Below are positions 29,762 to 37,982 of a stretch of DNA of 57,560 bases, in pieces. This DNA comes from a virus (taxonomy: Duplodnaviria; Caudoviricetes). Position 1 is the stretch's first letter; every line of letters starts with the position of its first letter. A program made the translations under genes and the position numbers. The stretch spans positions 1 to 57,560 of the IMG/VR virus record IMGVR_UViG_3300027763_000005. One strand, given 5' to 3'. A model generated the notes under the pieces. It made no database searches. It was given only the letters and a program-made list of their open reading frames with translations, and was not told the DNA's origin.

Positions 29762-30387
29762 TGTTCGGACGCCTTTTTGGCACGGGCTTTATCAGAACCG
29801 GTGGCAATGGCCTTAAGGACAGCACGGGCATCCGCAGAGATCAGGTCTTTATCATCTTTGTGGAGTTCATCATGCCATAGACGCAAGGCGGTCATACCTT
29901 GTTTGGCGTGGACGGTACCTTCCTCCATCAGTTCAGGAGGCGTGACAACTGCCTCGGCCTTTACAGCCGGTGCCTTGATTGGGTTAACACCGGGGCCAGC
30001 GGTAACAGCCGCATTGCCGTCGTCATCGTCAGAAGCCACACACAGAATGCCCATGATCCCATAACGCCGAGCATAGGTAATACCCGAGCCAATACCGTGC
30101 GCGTCATACTTTGACACCGGCATAAACAGGACTTCAGAGAAATACTCACCCGATTTATGGGTCAGCATCGTCTCAACCTCGACCCCGCCCTGTATGGCAC
30201 GGGGAAACTGGAGGATAGCCAAGTCGTTGACGGCCAGTGGCTCCCGAATGGCGGCGCGGACAGATGCCAGATTGGCATACTTTGACTTGAAGTGCTCGTT
30301 CTTGGAGTCCTTGGTGGCGTCCTCAATCAAGCCTTGGGCCTTGGAGAGTGCGGTTGCGATCTCACAGATCGTCTCTGACATTTTCAT
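29758..30387 (-). CDS. erf: ERF-family single-strand annealing protein
   Basis: KDSKN.HFKSKYA.L, L.HKSGE, GSGITYARRY......DDDGN. Confidence 0.9.
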   Translation of the reverse strand: MKMSETICEIATALSKAQGLIEDATKDSKNEHFKSKYANLASVRAAIREPLAVNDLAILQFPRAIQGGVEVETMLTHKSGEYFSEVLFMPVSKYDAHGIGSGITYARRYGIMGILCVASDDDDGNAAVTAGPGVNPIKAPAVKAEAVVTPPELMEEGTVHAKQGMTALRLWHDELHKDDKDLISADARAVLKAIATGSDKARAKKASEQ

Positions 30388-30398
30388 TGCTGTTTTCC

Positions 30399-30686
30399 TT
30401 AGCCGTTAAACGGAGATGCGTTGCGCTCATATTCGACGCAACATGCCTCTTCTATATCTTCCATCAAATCTTCATCATTTTGGATAACGCGCATCAACAT
30501 GACTATGAAGGCAAAAGGCAGATTCTCATTGCCGATGCCCCGGTTGGGGAAGTTGATGTCAGTGACCACCGGCTCGTCATCATAGCCGATTTCGATGCTT
30601 AGGCTGGCTTCAAGGACCATGATCCCGTTCATGCCCGGAGGCACGTATTCTTCTATGACGTATGTGGTCGGTGCTAGTTTTCTCAT
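30399..30686 (-). CDS. Hypothetical protein (first gene of the leftward operon)
   Basis: ATG at 30686, downstream of the leftward promoter. Confidence 0.5.
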   Translation of the reverse strand: MRKLAPTTYVIEEYVPPGMNGIMVLEASLSIEIGYDDEPVVTDINFPNRGIGNENLPFAFIVMLMRVIQNDEDLMEDIEEACCVEYERNASPFNG

Positions 30687-30714
30687 TTCCCATCTCCCGT
30701 AGTAGGGTGAACCT

Positions 30715-30778
30715 AACATAGGGCTGCCACACATATTCGTCAACCCCCTATTTACTTTTTAACCAAAAATTGTATATT
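30715..30778. promoter_or_regulatory. Divergent sigma70-type promoters
   Basis: Leftward TTGACG(30743-30738)-N17-TATGTT(30720-30715). Rightward TTTACT(30751)-N16-TATATT(30773), just before ATG 30785, so possibly leaderless. Confidence 0.55.
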
Positions 30779-30784
30779 GCGTTC

Positions 30785-30985
30785 ATGAAGATGGATCGAC
30801 ACCCTGTCCTTATGGACGTTATCCGCCGGTTTGGAACAGCCTCGGCCTTGGCCGCGTACCTCCAGATCACCGATCAGGCAGTCTCCCGCTGGACCAGAAT
30901 CCCGGTGAGACATGCTCTGGCTATCTCGCGACACACAGGAATCCCGTGCCATGTACTGAGACCTGATATCTATGAAAAAACGTAG
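30785..30985 (+). CDS. Cro/YdaS-like HTH regulator
   Basis: FGTASALA..L.IT.QAVSRW..IP......LRPDIY. Confidence 0.8.
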   Translation: MKMDRHPVLMDVIRRFGTASALAAYLQITDQAVSRWTRIPVRHALAISRHTGIPCHVLRPDIYEKT

Positions 30986-31175
30986 GCCACGCATACGGCT
31001 GAAGATTATCCTTTCATGGTTCCGTCAGGGCATGGATACCAGCCAGATTGCATTCCTTCTGAGGACCGACGAGGCGCATGTCGCCAACACTCTTCACCTC
31101 GCAAGGGAGGCCGAACGTGCTGAAAATCTTGATGCCATACCCTCCCAGCATAAACCGGCTGTGGAGGGCCAGTAA
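30972..31175 (+). CDS. Small HTH protein
   Basis: G.DT.QIA..L...EA.V.N.L. Confidence 0.6.
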   Translation: MKKRRPRIRLKIILSWFRQGMDTSQIAFLLRTDEAHVANTLHLAREAERAENLDAIPSQHKPAVEGQ

Positions 31176-31473
31176 GCGCGGGGGCGTATACAAATCACAG
31201 GAGTACCGGGACTGGCAGACGGAGGCCAAATGGGAGATTTATAAACAAATCAAAAAACAACGTGTCTCAGGTCATTACAAATTGACAATTTTGGTAGTCC
31301 GTCCCGACAAGCGTAGGCGCGATTTGGGGAACCTAGAAAAAGCCATCAGCGACATTCTTGTCATGACAAATACCATAGACGACGACTGTCTATGCGACTG
31401 GATTGATATCAGGTGGGCTGAAAATGGTCCCGACTGCATGGTGATTATTGAACCTATGGGAGAGATAAAGTGA
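31117..31473 (+). CDS. rusA: RusA-like Holliday junction resolvase
   Basis: PYPPSINRLWR, PDKRRRDLGNLEKAISD, DD. Confidence 0.85.
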   Translation: MLKILMPYPPSINRLWRASKRGGVYKSQEYRDWQTEAKWEIYKQIKKQRVSGHYKLTILVVRPDKRRRDLGNLEKAISDILVMTNTIDDDCLCDWIDIRWAENGPDCMVIIEPMGEIK

Positions 31474-31691
31474 CAAAAGTGCCCCTGAAGCATCAGGCAG
31501 ACGCAGTTGAACGGGCCGTTGTGAACCTTAAGGGTTCCATTGCGACATTGCAGGATATGGCACGGTTAAAGAATGCTGACCCCACGATGGTCAGAATCCG
31601 GGAGGCGTACCTCGTCGATCTGGAAGCAGCCTACAAAACGATGCGCTGGATTGAAGCCAATGAGGATAAAATCAAGGTTGCGTTGAAGTAG
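31470..31691 (+). CDS. Hypothetical protein
   Basis: GTGA overlap with the upstream gene, RBS present. Confidence 0.55.
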   Translation: MTKVPLKHQADAVERAVVNLKGSIATLQDMARLKNADPTMVRIREAYLVDLEAAYKTMRWIEANEDKIKVALK

Positions 31692-31746
31692 GTTGACAGC
31701 CATCAATTCATGGCGTAGTGTCAGTGTGCTAACCGGATATGGAGGC

Positions 31747-32001
31747 ATGATGTCGAGCGTAAAAGCTAGGTTCAGGCTGGCTCATTCTTTGGAGGAGGCT
31801 GCAAAGCTCATATATTCACCGGCAAAAGGTAAGCAAAAGGGGTCTTTAAGGAATTACAGAGGAGCCCAGAAACTTTGGGACAAGGGGGTGTATGAAAACT
31901 CAAATCTAAGTGACGACCTCTTTTCACTTCCAAGAGGTAAGAAAACAGTAACCCTTCCAAAACTTAAGTTCATGGAAACAAAGGACAAAGACAATGGCTG
32001 A
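31747..32001 (+). CDS. Hypothetical protein
   Basis: GGAGG RBS. C-terminal VTLPKLKFME. Confidence 0.5.
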   Translation: MMSSVKARFRLAHSLEEAAKLIYSPAKGKQKGSLRNYRGAQKLWDKGVYENSNLSDDLFSLPRGKKTVTLPKLKFMETKDKDNG

Positions 32002-32395
32002 TAGGCACACACGCGGATTTGAACAGAACCGTACTAAAGGACGCCGGATTGGCACCTTGTGGTGGGACGACGATATGGGGGAAGCAGATGTTACCATTGC
32101 GGAATACTTTGAAAGTTTGGGTACGATGGAACGGGTCGATGCCATGAGTGACATTGTCGGCCTGTTAGAGCGTGAAAACAGTTTTTGTTATGAAGATTAT
32201 TCTGGCAAAAAGCCAGAAAGTGAAGAAGACGAAACAAAAGCCTTCGTTAAACTTTTGACAGATAAGGATGACGAGATTGAGCGGCTGCGGGAAGCATTGC
32301 TCTTGGCTGATGCGGCCTTAAGCGGGGCAAATATGAATATGAAGGTTGTACAGAGGGTAGTTCGCACCGCATTAAAGGAGAAAACAAATGACTGA
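31994..32395 (+). CDS. Hypothetical protein
   Basis: Coupled ORF with a DEIERLREAL cassette. Confidence 0.55.
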   Translation: MADRHTRGFEQNRTKGRRIGTLWWDDDMGEADVTIAEYFESLGTMERVDAMSDIVGLLERENSFCYEDYSGKKPESEEDETKAFVKLLTDKDDEIERLREALLLADAALSGANMNMKVVQRVVRTALKEKTND

Positions 32396-32729
32396 CATTG
32401 TTACTGAACTGCGCGACCTTGCCGACAGCAGAACTTTTAATCCATTTGCATATCGCAAGGCGGCTGACGTAATCGAGCAGCAGCGGTTAGTCCTGCAAGA
32501 GTGGGATGCACTGATAAAGCATCAATACAACGGCTCTCAACAGGCAATGTCCGACATGACAGATGCCGCACAAGCCACGGCTCACCTTCTGCATGGCAAA
32601 GAACCATATCCCGAACCGCGCATTGTGGTGTTGGAAGCGGCATTGCGGCGTATAATTGATTACGGACTTGTCAGTCTTAACGATCTTGAACGCGCTTGCG
32701 TCGTACTGGGGGAGAAAACAGATGACTGA
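32388..32729 (+). CDS. Hypothetical protein
   Basis: MTDIVTELR...AADVIE. RBS AAGGAG. Confidence 0.55.
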   Translation: MTDIVTELRDLADSRTFNPFAYRKAADVIEQQRLVLQEWDALIKHQYNGSQQAMSDMTDAAQATAHLLHGKEPYPEPRIVVLEAALRRIIDYGLVSLNDLERACVVLGEKTDD

Positions 32730-32952
32730 ATGGCAGCCGATTGAGACTGCTCCCAAGCCTGTCTACAACGAAGAGACATGGGAGAATGGACAAGTCTCGT
32801 TTCTGGTATGGGACGGAACGCAAGTCTGGTGTGTAGACCCTGTTCTATATCCTCATACAAACGGATGCGGGTGCTGTGCTTATCAGGTCGAAGCTACCCA
32901 TTGGATGGCGCTACCAAAACCACCTGTGACATTGGAGAAAACAAATGACTGA
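32722..32952 (+). CDS. DUF551-like protein
   Basis: WQPIETAPK...ATHWMALPKPP. Confidence 0.75.
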   Translation: MTEWQPIETAPKPVYNEETWENGQVSFLVWDGTQVWCVDPVLYPHTNGCGCCAYQVEATHWMALPKPPVTLEKTND

Positions 32953-33130
32953 CAACCTTTTGAAGCGTGAAAAGTTGAGCCAAGCCATTGAGTTGTCAGG
33001 AAAGACTCGTGCCGAGGTAGCAGAATATCTTGGTGTCCATGACAGGACTTTGTATCGTTGGATTTCTGGCGAAACGCCCGTGCCAAAAATGGTCCTGCTG
33101 TCTATGGAGTTGCTGACCCTGCCCCGATAG
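32945..33130 (+). CDS. XRE-type HTH protein
   Basis: TRAEVAEYLGVHDRTLYRW.SGETPVP. Confidence 0.75.
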   Translation: MTDNLLKREKLSQAIELSGKTRAEVAEYLGVHDRTLYRWISGETPVPKMVLLSMELLTLPR

Positions 33131-33272
33131 GGTATGATAGACAAATGGAAGCCCGGTGTTTGTGAGGCACCGGGCTTCTCCCAACAACGCGGCTGCAACG
33201 CGCTTTGGACTTGAACTGGTTTTACCCGTTTTCCGTCTGAACTGCAAGCCCGCCCATTCAGGGTTTGGCAAA

Positions 33273-33611
33273 ATGTCATTTAATGCAATTATCTGGGCGT
33301 TCAAACAAGTCGCCCCATCCCGCGAGAAGCTTGTCCTTCTGGCGTTAGCAAACCGGGCCAATGACAGGGACGAATGCTGGCCGTCGATGGGCAAGGTCGC
33401 CATTGACTGCGGCATGTCTCGGCACACCGTCTTACGCGCCGTCGCCAAACTCAAAGAGCTAGGGCTGATCGAAACCCGGCAGAATTCCCGCAAACATGGG
33501 AAGTCTAGCCTGACATATCGCCTTATCCGCAAGCCGGGCCACAGCTTTGAGGATGTAGCAGATTGCTACACCGATGTGTTGCAGATTGCTACATCGCCTG
33601 TAGCAGTCTGA
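33273..33611 (+). CDS. Replication-initiator-type winged HTH protein (HTH_36-like), short or truncated
   Basis: MSF.AI.WA......KLVLLALANRAN....CWPS...A.DCGMSR.TV.R....L...GLI. Confidence 0.75.
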   Translation: MSFNAIIWAFKQVAPSREKLVLLALANRANDRDECWPSMGKVAIDCGMSRHTVLRAVAKLKELGLIETRQNSRKHGKSSLTYRLIRKPGHSFEDVADCYTDVLQIATSPVAV

Positions 33612-33615
33612 TACA
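33554..33615. repeat. Three iteron-like palindromic repeats (candidate origin)
   Basis: TGTAGCA-GAT-TGCTACA (33554), TGTTGCA-GAT-TGCTACA (33577), TGTAGCA-GTC-TGATACA (33599). Confidence 0.6.
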
Positions 33616-33732
33616 TAGAAACAGTCACCTATAACCAGTCACTAGAAACAAGGTACCGTGCCAATAAGGAACTCTTAAAGGCTAGGTATATCTAGAAGCA
33701 CCCTACCAACGACAAAGCGCCAGAGGCCAGCT

Positions 33733-35202
33733 ATGAAGCTCAGGGACTATCAGGAAGAAGCTATCGTCAAGCTCAGGGTTTGCCTTGGCACGGGTAAACG
33801 CCGACCAGTGCTCCAGTCACCAACAGGCAGCGGGAAGACGGTTCTGGCCGCAGCCGTGGTCAAGATGGCAAGGGAGAAGGGCAAGCGGGTTCTGTTTTGC
33901 GTCCCGGCCCTGTCGCTGATCGATCAGACCGTCGAGCGGTTCAGGGAGAACGGCATCCACGACATCGGGGTCATCCAAGGGATGCACGAGATGACAGACT
34001 ACCGGCAGCCGGTTCAGGTCTGTTCGGTTCAGACTCTGGCGCGGCGTAAGATACCGGCGGCAGATTTGGTGATCATCGACGAGTGCCATGTCCGGTTCAA
34101 GCTGTACGATACATGGATGAATTTGCCAGAATGGCAGACGGTCCCCTTTATCGGCCTGACAGCCACCCCTTGGGCCAAGGGCATGGGTACGATCTGGGAT
34201 GATCTGATCATCGGGATCACCACAGCCGATTTGATCAAGAGTGGGTCGCTGTCAGACTTCAAGGTTTTCGCCCCGGCGCATCCTGACCTGTCCAACGTCA
34301 AGACGGTTCTGGGTGACTATGAGGCCAAGGGTCTCGGTGAGGCCATGAACCAAGGAAGTCTCGTTGCTGACATTGTGTCAACTTGGCTGGAGCGTGGCAA
34401 GAACAGTGCGACCATCGCCTTCTGCGTTAATCGCGTCCACGCCAAGAACGTCCAACAGCAGTTTGTCGAGGCCGGGGTCGCCGCCGAGTACATGGATGCT
34501 TACACCGATATCGCAGACCGGAATGACATTGTGTCACGGTTTGCGGCGGGTGTGACAAAAATCATCTGCAACGTGGGGGTGCTGACGACTGGGTTCGATG
34601 CTGACGTTCGGTGCATTATTTTGGCACGGCCCACTAAGTCTGAAATCCTGTATACCCAGATGTTCGGTCGGGGGCTCAGGACCGCCGAGGGCAAGGAATG
34701 CCTGATCGTTCTGGATCACTCAGACACGACGCTGCGTCTGGGGTTTGTCACGGACATCCATCACGACACGCTGGATATGGGGGTGAAGGCCACAGCCGCG
34801 CCAAGGAAAGCTCCGCTGCCCAAGGAATGCCCCAAGTGTGCGTTTGTTAAGCCGGTCAAAGTCCACGAATGCCCGTCATGTGGCTTTAAGCCAGAAGCAT
34901 CTGACAAAACTCAGGTGACTGACGGGGAACTCTACGAAATCACCAAAGCGAAGACGATCAAAAAAGAGACTTGGGGCTGGGATATGAAACAGAAATTCTA
35001 CTCAGAGTTGATTTTCTATGCAAAGCTGCGAGGATACAAGAGCGGGTGGGCTTACTGGGCCTACCGGGACAAGTTCAAAGAGCCGCCGAACCGTTCGCTA
35101 CTGAATACCCCCGCAAGGGACATATCCCCGGAAACATCGGGGTGGATTACCTCTAGAAACATTCGACAAGCCAAAAGCAAAAAGAGAGGAGCCGGGGCAT
35201 GA
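33733..35202 (+). CDS. SF2 DExH helicase with C-terminal Zn ribbon
   Basis: LRDYQ, PTGSGKT, DECH, GLTATP, LTTGFD, QMFGRGLR, CPKC...CPSC. Confidence 0.92.
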   Translation: MKLRDYQEEAIVKLRVCLGTGKRRPVLQSPTGSGKTVLAAAVVKMAREKGKRVLFCVPALSLIDQTVERFRENGIHDIGVIQGMHEMTDYRQPVQVCSVQTLARRKIPAADLVIIDECHVRFKLYDTWMNLPEWQTVPFIGLTATPWAKGMGTIWDDLIIGITTADLIKSGSLSDFKVFAPAHPDLSNVKTVLGDYEAKGLGEAMNQGSLVADIVSTWLERGKNSATIAFCVNRVHAKNVQQQFVEAGVAAEYMDAYTDIADRNDIVSRFAAGVTKIICNVGVLTTGFDADVRCIILARPTKSEILYTQMFGRGLRTAEGKECLIVLDHSDTTLRLGFVTDIHHDTLDMGVKATAAPRKAPLPKECPKCAFVKPVKVHECPSCGFKPEASDKTQVTDGELYEITKAKTIKKETWGWDMKQKFYSELIFYAKLRGYKSGWAYWAYRDKFKEPPNRSLLNTPARDISPETSGWITSRNIRQAKSKKRGAGA

Positions 35203-36089
35203 GCACGGCAGCTATTATGGCACGGGGAAACTGGAGTCAGCTTCTAAAACATTTCGGGGTGATCGTACCAGACAACCCCAAGAAGCACGGACCATGCCCG
35301 ATTTGTCAGGGAAAGGATCGGTTCCGTTGGGACGACCAGAACGGCCTTGGTGGATACATCTGCAACCAGTGCGGGGCCGGTGACGGGTTCGACTTGGTCA
35401 AGGGGGCCACGGGTCGGCAATTCAAAGAGATCGCAACCGAAATCGCGGCAGTGCTGGGAAAGAGCGAAGAATTCCGGCAGAAACAGGCCGAAACCGAGGA
35501 GGAGTCCCAAAGACGCTATTTAAAACGCCTGTGGGATGCCTCAGAGCGGCAAGTCGGGGGTGATCTGGTAGGGGTGTACCTGAAAAAAAGAGTTGGCCGT
35601 CTGTGGGCTTCTAATGCGTTGCGGTTCAATACAGAGAAAACCGCGATGGTTGCCAAGATTATCAGTCACGAAGACCGGGCCGTGAACCTCCACCTGACGT
35701 TTTTGACATCCGAGGGTGAGAAGGCCGACGTTGCCATCCCAAAGAAGGTCATGCCCGGAAAGTTGCCGGACGGTTGTGCCATCCGGTTGGGGATTGCTGC
35801 ACCGAGGATGGGGGTGGCCGAGGGGATTGAGACTGCCATCTCGGCGTCGATCCTGTTCGGGATTCCTGTCTGGGCTTGCGTGAATGGCAACCTACTCGCC
35901 AAGTGGATACCACCGGCCATTGCCAAACAGGTCACGGTGTTCGGTGACAACGACGCCAGCTTCACGGGACAGGCACGGTCTTACGTTCTGGCAAATCGTC
36001 TGGCGGTTCAATTTAAGCTGGATGTTGATGTCAAAATCCCGACTGTGGCGGGTCTGGATTGGAACGATGTCCTGATGACCAAGTTCTGA
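35199..36089 (+). CDS. Primase (Zn-binding domain + Toprim)
   Basis: HGPCP.C.GKDRFR....C.QCGAGDG, AEGIETA, FGDND, DWND. Confidence 0.9.
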   Translation: MSTAAIMARGNWSQLLKHFGVIVPDNPKKHGPCPICQGKDRFRWDDQNGLGGYICNQCGAGDGFDLVKGATGRQFKEIATEIAAVLGKSEEFRQKQAETEEESQRRYLKRLWDASERQVGGDLVGVYLKKRVGRLWASNALRFNTEKTAMVAKIISHEDRAVNLHLTFLTSEGEKADVAIPKKVMPGKLPDGCAIRLGIAAPRMGVAEGIETAISASILFGIPVWACVNGNLLAKWIPPAIAKQVTVFGDNDASFTGQARSYVLANRLAVQFKLDVDVKIPTVAGLDWNDVLMTKF

Positions 36090-36093
36090 CAAA

Positions 36094-36118
36094 TAAAAAA
36101 GGGGCCGGAGCCCCTTTC
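36094..36118. terminator. Bidirectional intrinsic terminator
   Basis: AAAAAAGGGGC-CGGA-GCCCCTTT between convergent genes. Confidence 0.7.
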
Positions 36119-36119
36119 T

Positions 36120-36425
36120 CTACATCCGTTCGCTGCCGTCTGTGGAAGCGTAGACCTTTCGACCATTAGAAGTCCAAACCTCGTGCCATTCCCACCGATC
36201 TGGATGGTCTCTGTCGCGGGGTGGCTTTTGTCGCCCACTGGGGCAGCAAAGATATTCATAGTCTGGTCCGTCTGTGTTTCTGACAGAGATGCCATAGACA
36301 TATGGACTTTTGAATTCGGTCGGCTGGTAAATCATGTCTGTGACATCGTTTATATCCCAGCAGAGGTATTCAGCGATAATATGGGCGGCTGTGTATCTTT
36401 TTGTCATATTGTCATATTCCTTCAA
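36120..36425 (-). CDS. Hypothetical protein
   Basis: Member of a leftward early-type operon. Confidence 0.55.
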   Translation of the reverse strand: MKEYDNMTKRYTAAHIIAEYLCWDINDVTDMIYQPTEFKSPYVYGISVRNTDGPDYEYLCCPSGRQKPPRDRDHPDRWEWHEVWTSNGRKVYASTDGSERM

Positions 36426-36679
36426 AGGAATGCGCGGGTTATTGAGGCGACGACAACCGATAACATTAAACCCGCAATGAATCCGATGATGACCCCACGC
36501 TTCAGATACCGTTGCAGGATGTGTGACACGAATTCTGCCACCAGCATTTCGTCTATATAGGCTCGGCCTAGCTGGGCTCCACCTAGACGGGTGTTAACGA
36601 TCTTTTCCCACTCGGTTCGGTCGGTAATCATGATATTTGGCAGACGGTCGTTGATGAAGGTGTTTGGTGCGTTTGTCAT
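36422..36679 (-). CDS. Hypothetical membrane protein
   Basis: C-terminal TM helix. RBS AGGAG. Confidence 0.55.
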   Translation of the reverse strand: MTNAPNTFINDRLPNIMITDRTEWEKIVNTRLGGAQLGRAYIDEMLVAEFVSHILQRYLKRGVIIGFIAGLMLSVVVASITRAFL

Positions 36680-36688
36680 TTTGATCTC

Positions 36689-36964
36689 CTACTGCTTCAT
36701 GTTGTCGATGATGGCTTCCGCGATTTCCTGCCAATTTACGTCCACCAAAAACCCAAGGGCAAATTCTCTAGCAACTCCGGGATTGCTTGCATCGATAATG
36801 TTTTCTTGCGACAGGTCCTTTAAGTACCGTGCCAAATGTTTCGTTTGCTCTGCTTCGTTTTGACCGTCTAATAACATCCAACTGGCATCGTAATCCTGAA
36901 ACATTTCAAACCAGACGCGAAATGTAGCGTAATTTGTCCAGCCGTTGTATTTTGTATCGGACAT
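36689..36964 (-). CDS. Conserved phage protein (YNGWTNY.T family)
   Basis: YNGWTNYATF.V...VNW.EIA. Upstream promoter TTGACT(37027-37022)-N17-TATCCT(37004-36999). Confidence 0.7.
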   Translation of the reverse strand: MSDTKYNGWTNYATFRVWFEMFQDYDASWMLLDGQNEAEQTKHLARYLKDLSQENIIDASNPGVAREFALGFLVDVNWQEIAEAIIDNMKQ

Positions 36965-37069
36965 GGTGTTTTCCTCGCTTGTAAATCAGAACGAATTCAG
37001 GATATGATGGCAACGCGCCACAGTCAACTGTGGTTTTTAGGCTAAGATGCTCAAAATGGGGGACATGAT

Positions 37070-37249
37070 ATGACAGAATTCCAGCTTATGTGCTTTGCGG
37101 CTTTCGTGGTTGCTGGCGTTCCGGCTTTGACCATCGCAGCGGTTGTGCTGTTTCCTGCCAAGGTGACCACCGAGAGTGACGACACCGGCACGATGGGCTC
37201 GCAGGATGTTGACCACCGACTCACCGCCGACCACCGACCACCGACCTGA
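37070..37249 (+). CDS. Possible small membrane protein (59 aa)
   Basis: GGGGGA RBS, MTEFQLMCFAAFVVAGVPALTIAAVVLF. The 3' end runs into the repeat array. Confidence 0.4.
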   Translation: MTEFQLMCFAAFVVAGVPALTIAAVVLFPAKVTTESDDTGTMGSQDVDHRLTADHRPPT

Positions 37250-37331
37250 TACCACCACCGACCTACCACCACCGACCCACCACCGACCTAATGTCACCAC
37301 CGACCACCGACCTACCCCCAGTGACCACCGA
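37166..37331. repeat. Array of 10 ACCACCGA octamers
   Basis: Copies at 37166, 37212, 37230, 37237, 37254, 37268, 37279, 37296, 37303, 37324. Confidence 0.9.
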
Positions 37332-37559
37332 TCTGGGGGTAACCACCCATTTTGGGCCGATGCTCACTTTGGTGTGCCAAACCCATTATAGGGCCGGCCC
37401 CCTATTATGGGGTTCCGGGCTTATTTTGGGCATTTGCTCAATTTGGGGTTGTGTTTGGGTTTTTGGGCGATGGTGCCTGTTTTGGGTTTATGCCCTAGTT
37501 GGGCATTGACTGAGGGTTTTTGGGTTCCGGCAAGGTTTATTGGCACGGGCAAAGTATAT

Positions 37560-37586
37560 CCGGTGCCCCGTTAAAGAGGCACCGGG
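37560..37586 (-). terminator. Hairpin after the leftward AAA operon
   Basis: CCGGTGCC...GGCACCGG. Confidence 0.5.
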
Positions 37587-37593
37587 GCAAGGT

Positions 37594-37878
37594 TTAGTAT
37601 TCTTCCGGGGTTAGGACAGTCGTTTGATGCCTATCGGCTTCCGTTATCACCCATACCTTTTGCCCATCGATAATGTATGCGCTTAGAAGCCTTGCCCCGT
37701 GCTGCAAAGCTTCCTCATTAGTTGCGGCGTCTTCTTCGTCGATATTGCCCCATTGCCCGCGCGCGTGAGCCTCTAGAACCCGTGCCAAGGTGCCGGAGCC
37801 GAACCCCAGAACGCTCATCGCCCCCGGAGTCGCGAGAATATGCCCTAAACGGAATAGCTGGCCCTCAATGTGAAACAT
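37594..37878 (-). CDS. Conserved plasmid/phage hypothetical protein
   Basis: F.LG...ATPGA....H..G.WG....D...NE.AL..G.RLLSAY...WVITEADR..TT.L.P.EY. Confidence 0.75.
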   Translation of the reverse strand: MFHIEGQLFRLGHILATPGAMSVLGFGSGTLARVLEAHARGQWGNIDEEDAATNEEALQHGARLLSAYIIDGQKVWVITEADRHQTTVLTPEEY

Positions 37879-37982
37879 GGCTTTCCCTTTCTTTTGATGC
37901 CCCATAGCGGGGTTTAAAGGCCCTTGGATGGCCTTTGCGATACTAGCAGGTAGAACCCCTGCTAGTACTGGCAAAGGGCGCC

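Noticed and set aside
37037-37391. ORFs 37037-37300, 37051-37272 and 37176-37391
   Set aside because: Low-complexity translations of the ACCACCGA array.
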